A DNA stretch of 64,000 nt from an uncultured Alphaproteobacteria bacterium (GTDB taxonomy: Bacteria; Pseudomonadota; Alphaproteobacteria; Caulobacterales; Parvularculaceae): NCBI GenBank assembly GCA_942492295.1, contig CALODW010000005.1, positions 1,605,214 to 1,669,213 on the forward strand, given 5' to 3'. Positions 9,810 to 22,223 of this stretch are shown here, piece by piece (the first letter of the stretch is position 1; the number at the start of each line of letters is the position of its first letter). The position numbers and the translations under genes were made by a program. Below the pieces are notes generated by a model that was given only the letters and a program-made list of their open reading frames with translations, did not search any database and was not told the origin of the DNA.

Positions 9810-10097
9810 ATGGCTTTTCGGCCTCTCCATGACCGCGTGCTGGTCCGTCGCATCGAAGAAGACGAGAAAACCGCAGGCGGCATCATCATCCCCGACACCG
9901 CGAAAGAAAAACCCCAGCAGGGCGAAGTTGTCGCTTGTGGCTCTGGCGCACGCGGCGACGACAACGAAATCGTGCCGCTCGACGTTAAAGCGGGCGACAA
10001 AATCCTGTTCGGCAAGTGGTCGGGCTCGGAAGTGAAACTCGACGGTGAGGATCTCTTGATCATGAAAGAATCCGACATCCTCGGAATCCTCAGCTAA
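9810..10097 (+). CDS. groES: co-chaperonin GroES
   Basis: A 95-aa protein with unambiguous GroES sequence ([14 protein letters not shown]...GGIIIPD). Confidence 0.97.
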   Translation: MAFRPLHDRVLVRRIEEDEKTAGGIIIPDTAKEKPQQGEVVACGSGARGDDNEIVPLDVKAGDKILFGKWSGSEVKLDGEDLLIMKESDILGILS

Positions 10098-10105
10098 CCC
10101 AGTAG

Positions 10106-11788
<1,683 letters not shown>

Positions 11789-11844
11789 TCGCCCCCGGCG
11801 ATTGCTCTATTCGACCAGGCTCTCATAAAGCTTTAGTTGCGTAC

Positions 11845-11876
11845 CAAAGGGCGGCTCCTCGGAGCCGCCCTTTTTG
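11845..11876 (+). terminator. Rho-independent terminator of groESL
   Basis: aaagggcggctcc-tcg-gagccgcccttttt: a GC stem followed by a T-run. Confidence 0.75.
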
Positions 11877-11980
11877 TGTCTTAGGTCGAAAAACTCAATA
11901 CAATCAAGATGATAATAGGCCATTGCCATAGCCCGCGCCCGCATGGTTGACTTAGTAGTTATTGCTACTAATATTTTTGC

Positions 11981-12847
11981 ATGGATGACGGACTCGCCAA
12001 ATCGAAACTGCAAGCGCTTGGTTTCAGCGAAATCGAGGCGCTCGTTTATTGCTTCCTGCTGCAAGAATCTCCCGCCACCGGCTATCGGATCAGCAAAGGA
12101 ATCGGCAAAGCCGCCGCCAACGTTTACGCCGCCATTGAAACACTGGCGCAAAAAGGTGCGCTGCTCGTCGACGACAGCGAGCGGCGCCAGTGCCGCGCTG
12201 TTGATCCGAAAGAATTGATCGCAAGCCTCGAACGTCAGCTTAAAGACGACTTAAGCACGGCGGAACACGCACTCTCCACCATAAGCGCCGCGACGCCCGA
12301 TCAGCGGATCTATAAGCTGGAAACCGCCAGTCAGACCTTCGCCAGAATCCGTCAAATGATCAAAGAAGCGCGCGAGTATATTCTTGTCGATGCGTTTCCC
12401 ATCCCGCTCTCCATGGTCGTTGATGATTTGCGCCACGCCGCGGATCGGGGCGTCACCGTTGCCGTGGAAAGTTATGGCGACAACACGCCAGATCTTTCTT
12501 TCGCCGTCAGCGTCAACTCTCCGGATGTTTTCTCGGCTGATCTGGTCTGGCCCGGAAGCCAGATAAACATCGCAACAGATGCGAGGGAACACTTGCTCGC
12601 CTTACTGGACCGGAATTGTGAACGCGTGTTGCAGTCCGTCTGGAGCAACTCAGCGTACCTATCGTGTTTGCAGCACAGCTATATGGCAGCGTCGCTCATC
12701 GCCCGGCATGTTGAAAACACGCAGGCTAACAGCGCGATGGACGGCCTTGAAAAACTGATCCTCACAACCGCCCGCCCAAGTGGGTTAGGCGACTTACTCA
12801 GCCTTTATGCAAAACCAAAACATGAGTTAAAAAATGACGCAGCGTAA
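11981..12847 (+). CDS. TrmB-family transcriptional regulator (winged-helix N-terminus plus a C-terminal domain)
   Basis: The N-terminal region (LGFSEIEALVYCFLL...GYRISKGIG) matches the TrmB-type wHTH. 288 aa. Confidence 0.65.
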   Translation: MDDGLAKSKLQALGFSEIEALVYCFLLQESPATGYRISKGIGKAAANVYAAIETLAQKGALLVDDSERRQCRAVDPKELIASLERQLKDDLSTAEHALSTISAATPDQRIYKLETASQTFARIRQMIKEAREYILVDAFPIPLSMVVDDLRHAADRGVTVAVESYGDNTPDLSFAVSVNSPDVFSADLVWPGSQINIATDAREHLLALLDRNCERVLQSVWSNSAYLSCLQHSYMAASLIARHVENTQANSAMDGLEKLILTTARPSGLGDLLSLYAKPKHELKNDAA

Positions 12848-13532
12848 CAGTCGCCTGCCTATCTCAATCCTTGAGTTCGCCGCCTTGGCTGCAATTTACC
12901 TGCTTTTGGACGTCGCGCTCGATGCAATTGGATTTGATAAGCAATCACTACCGTCCCTTCCCATCCTGAAGCAGTCCTGGATCGGTTTCGTCATCGTCCT
13001 CGGCATCATTGCCTGGATCAAAATGCGCGGCGCCAGCTTGAGCGATTTTGGCGTGAAGCCATTGCGCCCGCTGTGGCTCAGTTTATTGCTCGGCATCGTT
13101 GGGGTGGTCGTCGCCATTGTACTCAGCAGCGTAACCACGCCGCTCATAGAGGCGCATTTCGGACCGACGGACCTAACCGCCCTTGAGGGGCTGGAAGGCA
13201 ATTTGGGGGCATATCTGTTTTGCCTCCCCTTCATTTGGCTGTTTGCCGCGTTTGGCGAAGAATTTTTCTACCGCGGATTTTTAATGTCAGGCATCGCTGT
13301 CATTCTCGGCGGCGGCCGCGCCGCGTGGTTGATCGCGCTTGTTGTTCAGGCCGTCATCTTCGGTCTCGGGCACGGCTATCAGGACGCCTCCGGCATGATC
13401 GGCGCCGGACTTTATGGTGTTGTCTATGGCGGCCTATTTCTCGCCGCGAAAAGAAACATATGGGCGCCGATGATTGCGCATGGGCTGCTGGATACGCTCG
13501 GCTTTACACTCTTGTATCTCGGCATGATGTAA
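12834..13532 (+). CDS. CPBP-family intramembrane metalloprotease (CAAX protease / Abi family)
   Basis: Multi-TM protein carrying the three CPBP motifs: EExxxR (FGEEFFYRGF), FxxxH (FGLGHG), and HxxxN/D (IAHGLLD). Overlaps the TrmB-like gene by 14 nt. Confidence 0.8.
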   Translation: MTQRNSRLPISILEFAALAAIYLLLDVALDAIGFDKQSLPSLPILKQSWIGFVIVLGIIAWIKMRGASLSDFGVKPLRPLWLSLLLGIVGVVVAIVLSSVTTPLIEAHFGPTDLTALEGLEGNLGAYLFCLPFIWLFAAFGEEFFYRGFLMSGIAVILGGGRAAWLIALVVQAVIFGLGHGYQDASGMIGAGLYGVVYGGLFLAAKRNIWAPMIAHGLLDTLGFTLLYLGMM

Positions 13533-13580
13533 GGGGCTTGCGCCGCCCCTCGAGGACGGGCAGAAGGCGAATTCAAGGAA

Positions 13581-14231
13581 TTGCCCATGCTCGCCGACCT
13601 TCTACCTGTTTTCGTCACCGCCTTCGTCACGCTGTTTATCGTGATCGACCCCATTCTGGTGACGCCGATTTTCGCTTCACTGACGAAGAGTGAGCCGCCG
13701 CGAGAACGCCTGCGCATCGCACTGATGGCCGCAGTTTATTCCGTGGCCATCTTGATGTTTTTTGGGTTTGTTGGGAACGCGTTGCTGCACCATCTGGGCG
13801 TCAGCCTCGCTGCCTTTCGCGCCGCCATGGGCATTATTCTGTTCATCATGGGCTTCCGGATGTTCTTTGATCCGGACAGTGAGACCCAGGCGAAAACACC
13901 CGGACCAAAGGCGTCCGCCCGCGATAACATCGCGTTCTTTCCGCTGGCGATCCCCATGCTCGCCGGCCCTGGCGCCATCGCCACCATTATGCTGGTCATG
14001 GGACCGGACACCGCAATGATTGAAAAAGGCGCCGCCATTGTCGCCGTTGCCATCGTGCTCGCCATCGCCGTGTTGATGATGGCGTTCGCCAGCCGCATCG
14101 GCGATGCGCTTGGGCGGACCGGCATGAACGCCATCACCCGTATTCTCGGCATGCTGCTGATGGCGCTGTCAACGCAGTACGTTTTTGATGGTGTTCGCGT
14201 GGGAGTTCTTCAACAGGCAGTCGCCGCTTAG
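13581..14231 (+). CDS. MarC-family integral membrane protein (UPF0056)
   Basis: A 216-aa protein with 6 TM helices; its N-terminal region resembles the MarC/YhgN family. Confidence 0.75.
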   Translation: MPMLADLLPVFVTAFVTLFIVIDPILVTPIFASLTKSEPPRERLRIALMAAVYSVAILMFFGFVGNALLHHLGVSLAAFRAAMGIILFIMGFRMFFDPDSETQAKTPGPKASARDNIAFFPLAIPMLAGPGAIATIMLVMGPDTAMIEKGAAIVAVAIVLAIAVLMMAFASRIGDALGRTGMNAITRILGMLLMALSTQYVFDGVRVGVLQQAVAA

Positions 14232-14234
14232 GCG

Positions 14235-14687
14235 TCAGCGTTCCAAAACGGCTTTGGTGTCGGCAAATCCATTGTCGCCGGGGCTCGCGCCATAACGCAA
14301 CGTGCCGCCGCGCAAAGACGCGCCGGACCCATCGCCTGCGCACACAAATCGCGAAACACGAGGGGCGTTTCCGCGACGGCAAACCGCCTCAAGCGCGCCA
14401 AGGGCGCCGTCGCAGGCATTTGCAATGCTCGATCCGTCCGGCCAGTTTGACACTGTGCGCCAATCGATCATCACATCGAAATTCATGCCGCATACGGACT
14501 GTGTGAACGATGCTTCCTGCTGGAGCGCACGTTCTTCAGCCTGCTGCGCGCGGATCTCTTTCAGTGACTGTGAGGAGGCTGAAAAGGGAAAGGCAAAGGT
14601 TGCAACGCCCACAACCAGAATCGCGGCAAGGCGGCGCCCCGACGTGCAGCGTTGCGTTTTACGCGCGGTAAATGCGGCGTTCTCCAT
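14235..14687 (-). CDS. hypothetical secreted protein (150 aa, Cys-containing)
   Basis: Has an N-terminal signal-like hydrophobic segment. No family recognised. Lies downstream of phaB on the same strand. Confidence 0.45.
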   Translation of the reverse strand: MENAAFTARKTQRCTSGRRLAAILVVGVATFAFPFSASSQSLKEIRAQQAEERALQQEASFTQSVCGMNFDVMIDWRTVSNWPDGSSIANACDGALGALEAVCRRGNAPRVSRFVCAGDGSGASLRGGTLRYGASPGDNGFADTKAVLER

Positions 14688-14772
14688 AGCCAGAAAGCTT
14701 CTCTTTCCTTTGCGGCCCTTTTAAGACGAAATATCGCAAAAAACCTTAATCGCCGCGAATTTCGGCGGAAGA

Positions 14773-15675
14773 TTAAAGGGATTCTTCGAGAAATTGGGCC
14801 ACCTGCGCCGAGGACGGGCGCCCGGCGATGTCCAGATTCGGCACATAGCGGATTTCCAGCACCGATCCGCCAAGCGATATCTCAGGATCAGTGGAGGGCA
14901 GGAAAACAACCCGGTTCAGCCGCGATGCAATGGCCTGGGCGCCGACTTCATCCTGCGCAACGCGAGCGAACCCCTTCGCTGTCGTGACGATCGCGTCGGC
15001 CAGCACAGCCGCGTTTGCGCCGGGCGTCTTGTCGGCGGCGCCAATATCGAAAAACACCGGCACGCCGACGGCGGCGCTGATCTGCGCCGCCGCACCCTGC
15101 GCGCGCCTGATCGCCGTTTCCCGGTCCGCAAAAGCGAGCGTCAGCGAATGATCGTCGCCAAAAGATTTTGATGCTGCGGTGCCGCGTGTGTCTCCCGGCC
15201 AAAACACCGTGGCGCCGCCATAAGCGGCGATCCGCAACAGCGTTTCATCAAGGGCGTTTTTATAGATCACATCGCCTCGCGGCGCGCGGGTTGCGGAAAG
15301 ATCGTATATTTCCGGCGCGGGTCCCTCGATATCCAGCATGCAGTCGATACGCGGATCATTCTGTCCGCACAGAAACTGAACGCGCGCGCCATCGTCACGC
15401 TCCTCGAACAAAAACATCCGGTCATCGCTGGTCAGCACATAGCGCTCCACAGCACCGGGACGGCGGCGTTCATTGGAGCGCTCGCGCTTCTTGCCCACGA
15501 GCGCGGAGAAGGGATTGTCCGACTGTGCGCCAGCGGCAAGCGTTGCGCTCACAACGACGTCCACGGTTTGGCCGACCGCAACCGTCGCCATTAATGGCTG
15601 CGCTACGACGGCAATCGCCGCCAGCAATCCAAATCGCGCAAAATGAGCGGGCAAAAATCGTCCTCCGGTGGTCAT
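14773..15675 (-). CDS. hypothetical exported protein (300 aa)
   Basis: Has an N-terminal signal/TM segment. No family recognised. Confidence 0.5.
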   Translation of the reverse strand: MTTGGRFLPAHFARFGLLAAIAVVAQPLMATVAVGQTVDVVVSATLAAGAQSDNPFSALVGKKRERSNERRRPGAVERYVLTSDDRMFLFEERDDGARVQFLCGQNDPRIDCMLDIEGPAPEIYDLSATRAPRGDVIYKNALDETLLRIAAYGGATVFWPGDTRGTAASKSFGDDHSLTLAFADRETAIRRAQGAAAQISAAVGVPVFFDIGAADKTPGANAAVLADAIVTTAKGFARVAQDEVGAQAIASRLNRVVFLPSTDPEISLGGSVLEIRYVPNLDIAGRPSSAQVAQFLEESL

Positions 15676-15771
15676 GACAGTTACGGAGTGTAGTCAGACA
15701 ATTTGGTGAAAAAAGGGCTTTGCGGCGGGAAAACGCCAGCAAAGCCCGAGAAAACCTTCAATTTTCGTCGC

Positions 15772-16497
15772 TTACGCGGCGCAGTATTGGCCGCCATTGG
15801 CGGACAGGACCGCCCCGGTGATAAACCCGGCATTGTCGTTGGCCAAAAAGGCGACGCAATCGCCAATCTCTTCCGCCGAACCGAGCCGGCCGACCGGGAT
15901 TTGGGCGGTGATTTTTTTCAACACGTCCTCGCTCATGGCGGCGACCATTTCCGTAGCGATATAGCCCGGCGCGATGGCATTGACGGTAACGCCTTTGAAG
16001 GCGCCTTCCTGCGCCAGCGCGCGCGTGAAACCGAGCATGCCGGCCTTCGCCGCGGAATAATTCGTCTGCCCCATCTGGCCTTTTTGACCATTGATGGAAG
16101 AGATGTTGATGATGCGGCCAAAGCTGCGCTCGCGCATGCCCGGAAACACCTGATGGCTCATGTTAAAAACGCTATCAAGGTCCGCACGCATGACCTCGGC
16201 CCACTGTACGGGCGTCATTTTGTGGAACATGCCGTCGCGCGTAATGCCAGCGTTGTTCACCAAAATGTCCGTTGGTCCTTGTACGGATTCTACTTCGGCG
16301 ACGCCCGTCTTGCATCCTTCGTAATCACCAACGTCCCACTTGAAAACGTTGACGCCGGTTTCGTCTTTGAATTTCGCCGCCGCTTCATCATTGCCGGCAT
16401 AAGTCGCCGCCACGGTGCAGCCGCTCTCCTTTAGCGCCAGCGAAATCGCCCGACCGATACCGCGCGTTCCCCCGGTTACAATTGCAGTTCTACCCAT
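15772..16497 (-). CDS. phaB: acetoacetyl-CoA reductase (SDR family)
   Basis: Has the SDR TGGxxGIG NAD(P)-binding motif and the YxxxK active site. High similarity to PhbB-type reductases. Adjacent to phaA. Confidence 0.9.
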   Translation of the reverse strand: MGRTAIVTGGTRGIGRAISLALKESGCTVAATYAGNDEAAAKFKDETGVNVFKWDVGDYEGCKTGVAEVESVQGPTDILVNNAGITRDGMFHKMTPVQWAEVMRADLDSVFNMSHQVFPGMRERSFGRIINISSINGQKGQMGQTNYSAAKAGMLGFTRALAQEGAFKGVTVNAIAPGYIATEMVAAMSEDVLKKITAQIPVGRLGSAEEIGDCVAFLANDNAGFITGAVLSANGGQYCAA

Positions 16498-16586
16498 GAC
16501 GGTTCTCCCTGATTATGCCGGTACATGCTCCGGCTCTTTATACGGTACCCAAACAAGCCGCCGACCGCAAAGCCGGCGGCATTGCT

Positions 16587-17774
<1,188 letters not shown>

Positions 17775-17906
17775 TCAATGGTTATGCGCTTTGCGGCCGT
17801 GCGGCCCCCGGCTAAAAACCCGGCAAAAAGCGCGAAGAACAAACAATCTCAACGGCTTAAGCGGCCAGAAATCTTGCCGCCTACGCGTATGCAAATCTTA
17901 ATTTCA

Positions 17907-17916
17907 TGCTATAGCA
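17907..17916. promoter_or_regulatory. perfect 10-bp palindrome TGCTATAGCA in the phaA-phaR divergent intergenic region, a candidate PhaR operator
   Basis: Seen directly in the sequence. PhaR proteins bind TGC-rich palindromes near pha promoters and autoregulate. Confidence 0.3.
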
Positions 17917-17988
17917 GGATTAGCAAGTGCACAAAAAGAGTGCGGCGCACCAATTTCGCGCCGACCGGATGCACGGGAGGGTTTACTT

Positions 17989-18600
17989 ATGGCAGACAAA
18001 TCAAAGGGCCGGTCTAAGGCCGACGGCGATGCAATCGTCATCAAGAAATACGCGAACCGCCGCCTCTACAACACGGCGAGCTCGTCTTACGTAACACTCG
18101 ATTTCTTGGCGGAAATGGTGAAGGAAGGCGAAAATTTCGTTGTCTACGACGCAAAGTCCGGTGAGGACATCACCCGTTCCGTACTCACCCAGATTATCTT
18201 CGAAGAGGAAAGCAAAGGGCAAAATCTGCTGCCTATTCAATTCCTGCGTCAGCTCATTCAATTCTACGGCGACAGCCTGCAGAGCTTTGTGCCGTCCTAT
18301 CTCGAAATGAGCATGGATGCGTTTTCGAAAAACCAGGACGAAATGCGCTCGCGAATGCGAGATGCTTTCGGCGGCGCGCCCGGCTTTTCAATGTTCGAAG
18401 AAAGCGTCCGCAAGAACATGGAGCTCTATGAGCAAGCCATGAAAATGTTCTCACCCCTTGGGGCCGCCTACGCGCCGCAGCAGGCGGGCGCCGCAGAACA
18501 GCGGACTGCCGGCAACGACGACAGCGACATTTCTGCGCTAAAAAATCAGGTTGCCGCGTTGCAAAAGAAGCTGGACCGGCTGGAGGGCGAGGACGACTAA
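17989..18600 (+). CDS. phaR: polyhydroxyalkanoate synthesis repressor PhaR
   Basis: The N-terminal IKKYANRRLYNT... motif is diagnostic of PhaR. Divergent from phaA. Confidence 0.9.
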   Translation: MADKSKGRSKADGDAIVIKKYANRRLYNTASSSYVTLDFLAEMVKEGENFVVYDAKSGEDITRSVLTQIIFEEESKGQNLLPIQFLRQLIQFYGDSLQSFVPSYLEMSMDAFSKNQDEMRSRMRDAFGGAPGFSMFEESVRKNMELYEQAMKMFSPLGAAYAPQQAGAAEQRTAGNDDSDISALKNQVAALQKKLDRLEGEDD

Positions 18601-18639
18601 CCGTTCTCGGCACTGAGTTCGCAACGAGCCGCTTAGCCC

Positions 18640-20406
18640 TTACATCCGCTCCGCACGCTGGGGCGGATCGTTCGGCGCGCCCTCCGGCAGCCAGCCCGGA
18701 TTGGTTTCCGGCTTGCCGAGCAAATAGCCCTGCAGGAAATCAACACCAAGGCCCTTAAGCAGCATGGCGTCGGCTTCGTTGTCGACCCATTCCGCCACAG
18801 TCTTCATGCCAAAGTTGCGCGCCAGATCGAGCAGTGTGCGGACAAAGAGCTGGTTCTCGCGGGATGCAGAAACGCCAGTGACGAATGAGCCGTCGATTTT
18901 CAAGATATCTATGTCCATGGCCTTGAGGTTTCGGAACGAGGTATAGCCCGCGCCGAAATCATCAATACCGAAAGAGCAGCCGAGCTTTTTGATTTCCGAT
19001 ACAAACTCGATCGACGCATCAATCGCGTCAATCACCTGCGTTTCGGTCAACTCAACGGTAATGCGCTTGGCGAGGTGCTGATTGGCGCGCAGCAGCGCAA
19101 TATAGCCCTCCGCCCAGACAAAATCCTTCACCGTCTCCATGGAGATATTCACGTTCAGATGAATATCCGGGCAGACAGCGAGCGTATTAGTCGCGAGTTC
19201 CAGAACACGGCGATCGAGAAGATGTACAAGCCCGAGCCGCTCGGCGGCCGGGATAAATTCGGGCGCCGGAATAATCTGTCCGTCTTCGCCGCGCATGCGG
19301 ATCAGGCATTCGAATTTTGTCGGGGACTCGTCAAGGTCGCTCACAATCGGCTGAAAGGCGAGCTGAATCCGGCGCTCGTTCAACGCCGTCAAAATAACAT
19401 CTGACATATGCGAGTTTCGCCGGCGCATGCTGACAACGTCTGTTTTGTCAGTGAACGCAGACCAGCTGGACCGGCCAATACGTTTCGCGGCGTCAAGCGC
19501 CGCTTCGGCATGGGTCATGGCGGTGTTTGAATCTTTTGCCTGTTCAGGCAACCGTACAGCGCCGAGGCAGATCGATGCCGCCACCGCACTGCCCTTGGCC
19601 TCAATGACATGCTCGCGCACGACATTCAGCAAGCGCACGCAGATCTGGCGCAGATGATCGACGTCGCTGTTTGCGATCACGATGCCGAACTTCGTACCCG
19701 CGACGCGGCCAATCCGGTCATCAGGACCGATAACGGATTTCAATCGGTTGGCGACTTCAATGATGACAGTGTCCGCCGCATCGAAACCAAAATCCGAATT
19801 AATCGCCCCCACGTCATCAACGCCAGCCAACAGGTAGGCGCCGCATTGATCGCCGGAAACAAAAGCAGCGATGGTGTCATCCAGCGCTTTACGCAGATGC
19901 GCGCGGTTTAAGAGCCCGGTCAGGTCATCGTTGACGGCAAGCCGCGATAATTCCTCTTCGTGACGCTTGCGGCCATCGATGGAACGAATAACGCTGATCA
20001 GCCGCTGATTGGCGCCGGCGCCAATCCAGCCGCCACGCTCTTCCACCCAGTGACCTGCGCCCCCGGCGCGTTTCAGTCGGTATTCACAAGCATAACTGTC
20101 GCGGCCATGCGCAAATGCTTCTGCACGCGCAGGCGCGACCGGGCCGTCTATACTGGCCGCGAGGCCTGCGCCGGTTGCAGCCAGCTCACCCGGCGAAACT
20201 CCAAGAATTCGCGCCGCGGCTTCTTCGTCGGACCAGCTGAGGCTGTCGCCTGCCTCACGATACTCGAACATGGTTTGCAAACCCTGCTCGCTCGACACGT
20301 GCGCACCGTCAGACACATCGCTGTGACTGGCAACGGCGTTTTCGACCGTAGCTTCGGACTGCTCGATATTCGGGAACGCCTTCGCGTTTTCTGCCATCAA
20401 ACCCAC
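18640..20406 (-). CDS. PAS - degenerate GGDEF - EAL signalling protein (likely a c-di-GMP phosphodiesterase or receptor)
   Basis: GGDEF-domain framework (DxLTGLxNR) with the catalytic GG(D/E)EF replaced by AGTKF. The EAL domain has ECLIR, DDFGAGYTS, E-x-E and QGY motifs conserved. Start could be M1 (20406) or M4 (20397). Confidence 0.85.
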   Translation of the reverse strand: MGLMAENAKAFPNIEQSEATVENAVASHSDVSDGAHVSSEQGLQTMFEYREAGDSLSWSDEEAAARILGVSPGELAATGAGLAASIDGPVAPARAEAFAHGRDSYACEYRLKRAGGAGHWVEERGGWIGAGANQRLISVIRSIDGRKRHEEELSRLAVNDDLTGLLNRAHLRKALDDTIAAFVSGDQCGAYLLAGVDDVGAINSDFGFDAADTVIIEVANRLKSVIGPDDRIGRVAGTKFGIVIANSDVDHLRQICVRLLNVVREHVIEAKGSAVAASICLGAVRLPEQAKDSNTAMTHAEAALDAAKRIGRSSWSAFTDKTDVVSMRRRNSHMSDVILTALNERRIQLAFQPIVSDLDESPTKFECLIRMRGEDGQIIPAPEFIPAAERLGLVHLLDRRVLELATNTLAVCPDIHLNVNISMETVKDFVWAEGYIALLRANQHLAKRITVELTETQVIDAIDASIEFVSEIKKLGCSFGIDDFGAGYTSFRNLKAMDIDILKIDGSFVTGVSASRENQLFVRTLLDLARNFGMKTVAEWVDNEADAMLLKGLGVDFLQGYLLGKPETNPGWLPEGAPNDPPQRAERM

Positions 20407-20840
20407 TCATTCTTTTACGGCGCAACCCTACACGCCAAGCCGTAAATAAAATTTGAAGCGATGCCCTACGGTGTGATAAAGTTTAGCGGACCCTAAACCG
20501 GCGCCCTTTTTGCCATGAAGGCATGGTATGAAAGAAATTGTTAACCTTCCTTCGCGTGTAGCGGCAAAGACGAAATCGTCAGTGCCTATGCGGCGGTTTA
20601 CAAAGAACAGTCGTAGCCTGACCGTTAACAACGGCACGGAACCAACGCTGGCGCCCTCAAATATGGCGGGCGGCTGGCGACCGTACTCGAACGGTCAATC
20701 GGAGGCGTTACGCCTTTATTCTCAAAACGAAACGCGCGCGTCCCAAAATGGGCCGCACGCGCTTGATGTCTATTACTAGCTTTAAATTTCGACTGGGCGT
20801 TGGTTCAATCAGCGTCGCCTTAATCCAGACGTGACATCAG

Positions 20841-21263
20841 CTAACTACCGACGCCGCCGCCAACCGCGAGGTCGCGCCGGGCGGTCACGGTGGTGACAAT
20901 AAAGCCCGCCATGAAGTCAAGGAACGTCATCGACATAAAGAGGAAGAACACGGAATTTCCGAAACCCTCAACGATGATGAACAAAAGCAACGCCACAACA
21001 AAAACGACGACGGACAGTGCGTGGTTCATGATCGACTCAGAGCCGGTCTTTGTTGAGCGCAGCAACTCGACGAACAAGAGCCCCATACTCGCCAGCAGGA
21101 ACAAGTCGCCCCAGGTGACATCCCAAATGTCGCCGGACACCATCGGCAATTGTATGAACGACATTTCATACCATGGAACCGTCGAGGTTCCGACCGCGCC
21201 GGTCAGCGCCAGCACTGCGAATACGATCAGGCTGATCGCCAATAATGGAAACATTTGATACAT
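20841..21263 (-). CDS. hypothetical integral membrane protein (140 aa, 4 TM)
   Basis: Hydrophobic helices with in-frame coding periodicity. Visibly lower GC than its neighbours. Confidence 0.5.
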   Translation of the reverse strand: MYQMFPLLAISLIVFAVLALTGAVGTSTVPWYEMSFIQLPMVSGDIWDVTWGDLFLLASMGLLFVELLRSTKTGSESIMNHALSVVVFVVALLLFIIVEGFGNSVFFLFMSMTFLDFMAGFIVTTVTARRDLAVGGGVGS

Positions 21264-21352
21264 GGCTCGTGGATCCTTCCTCTACCGCCGCCCCCCGAAG
21301 TCAGCGGCCCCAACCAGAATAGCTTAACACGGGCGCCGCGCGGCGCAAAAAC

Positions 21353-22108
21353 TCATTTCCGGCGGTCTTCCGTGACTTTTCCGGGTGATTTTGCGCGCGC
21401 GAGAAGCCAGACCACGCCCAAGATATCCCGAAATGCAACCAGCAGGCGACCAAGATTTGAGTATTTCGACGCGCCATGCGCCCTCGCCCGATGGCCGACA
21501 GGTTCAAAAATTACAGCGAGGCCTTCACGGCGCATGAGCGCGGGCAGGTATCGATGCATATGGTCGAAATAGGGAAGTTGCAAAAACGCCTCCCGCCGGA
21601 ACACCTTCAAACCGCATCCTGTATCCGCTGCGCCGTCGCGCAGAAGACGGCGCCGAACGGCGTTGGCCGCACGGGATGCGAATTTTTTGGCGATTGAATC
21701 CTGCCGCCCACGCCTTTCCCCGGCGACCATCGCGGCGTCCGTTCCCTCAAGCCGCGCTAACAGTCTCGGAATGTCAGCGGGATCGTTTTGTCCATCGCCG
21801 TCAAGGGTGGCGATCAATGGCGCTCGCGCCGCGCGCACGCCGGTACTAAGCGCTCTGCTTTGACCGGCGTTATTTTCATGACAAATAACACGAAGTTGCC
21901 GCCGCTCGGCTGCAGCGGCCCGCAGCACGCGCAATGTGTCGTCAGTGGATGCATCATCCACAACAATGATTTCATGGACGACGTCTTTGAGCGCGTTTGC
22001 AATCTCATCCACCAGCTGCGCCGCGCCGCCAGCTTCATTGTACATCGGCGCCACGACGCTAAGCGTCGGCGCCGGTTCGGCCGATGTTGTCTGTTCAGTT
22101 TCCGCCAT
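21353..22108 (-). CDS. family 2 glycosyltransferase, polyprenyl-phosphate sugar synthase type (ArnC / DPM1 / RgtE-like)
   Basis: The N-terminal sequence (SVVAPMYNEAG...VVDDASTDDT...DGDGQNDP) is typical of ArnC/GtrB-type GT2 enzymes. Start trimmed to the ATG at 22108. Confidence 0.85.
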   Translation of the reverse strand: MAETEQTTSAEPAPTLSVVAPMYNEAGGAAQLVDEIANALKDVVHEIIVVDDASTDDTLRVLRAAAAERRQLRVICHENNAGQSRALSTGVRAARAPLIATLDGDGQNDPADIPRLLARLEGTDAAMVAGERRGRQDSIAKKFASRAANAVRRRLLRDGAADTGCGLKVFRREAFLQLPYFDHMHRYLPALMRREGLAVIFEPVGHRARAHGASKYSNLGRLLVAFRDILGVVWLLARAKSPGKVTEDRRK

Positions 22109-22223
22109 CGCCAACAGCACATATACGAACCGCACGCGCCGGTCACCCGTTCAATCGCGCAAGGACACGAGACAAACCGGCCGCAGCTCGGTAAGCTTTG
22201 CGGCAGGAGGGGCTAAAACCGTC

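Noticed and set aside
15703-16434. 243-aa plus-strand ORF
   Set aside because: Antisense to phaB. Arg/Gly-rich, which is a high-GC artefact.
21936-22223. Longer N-terminus for ArnT-like paralog 1 (ORF start at 21936)
   Set aside because: The extra 96 residues are Ser/Thr-rich and overlap the divergent GT2 gene. The conserved protein begins at the ATG at 22224.
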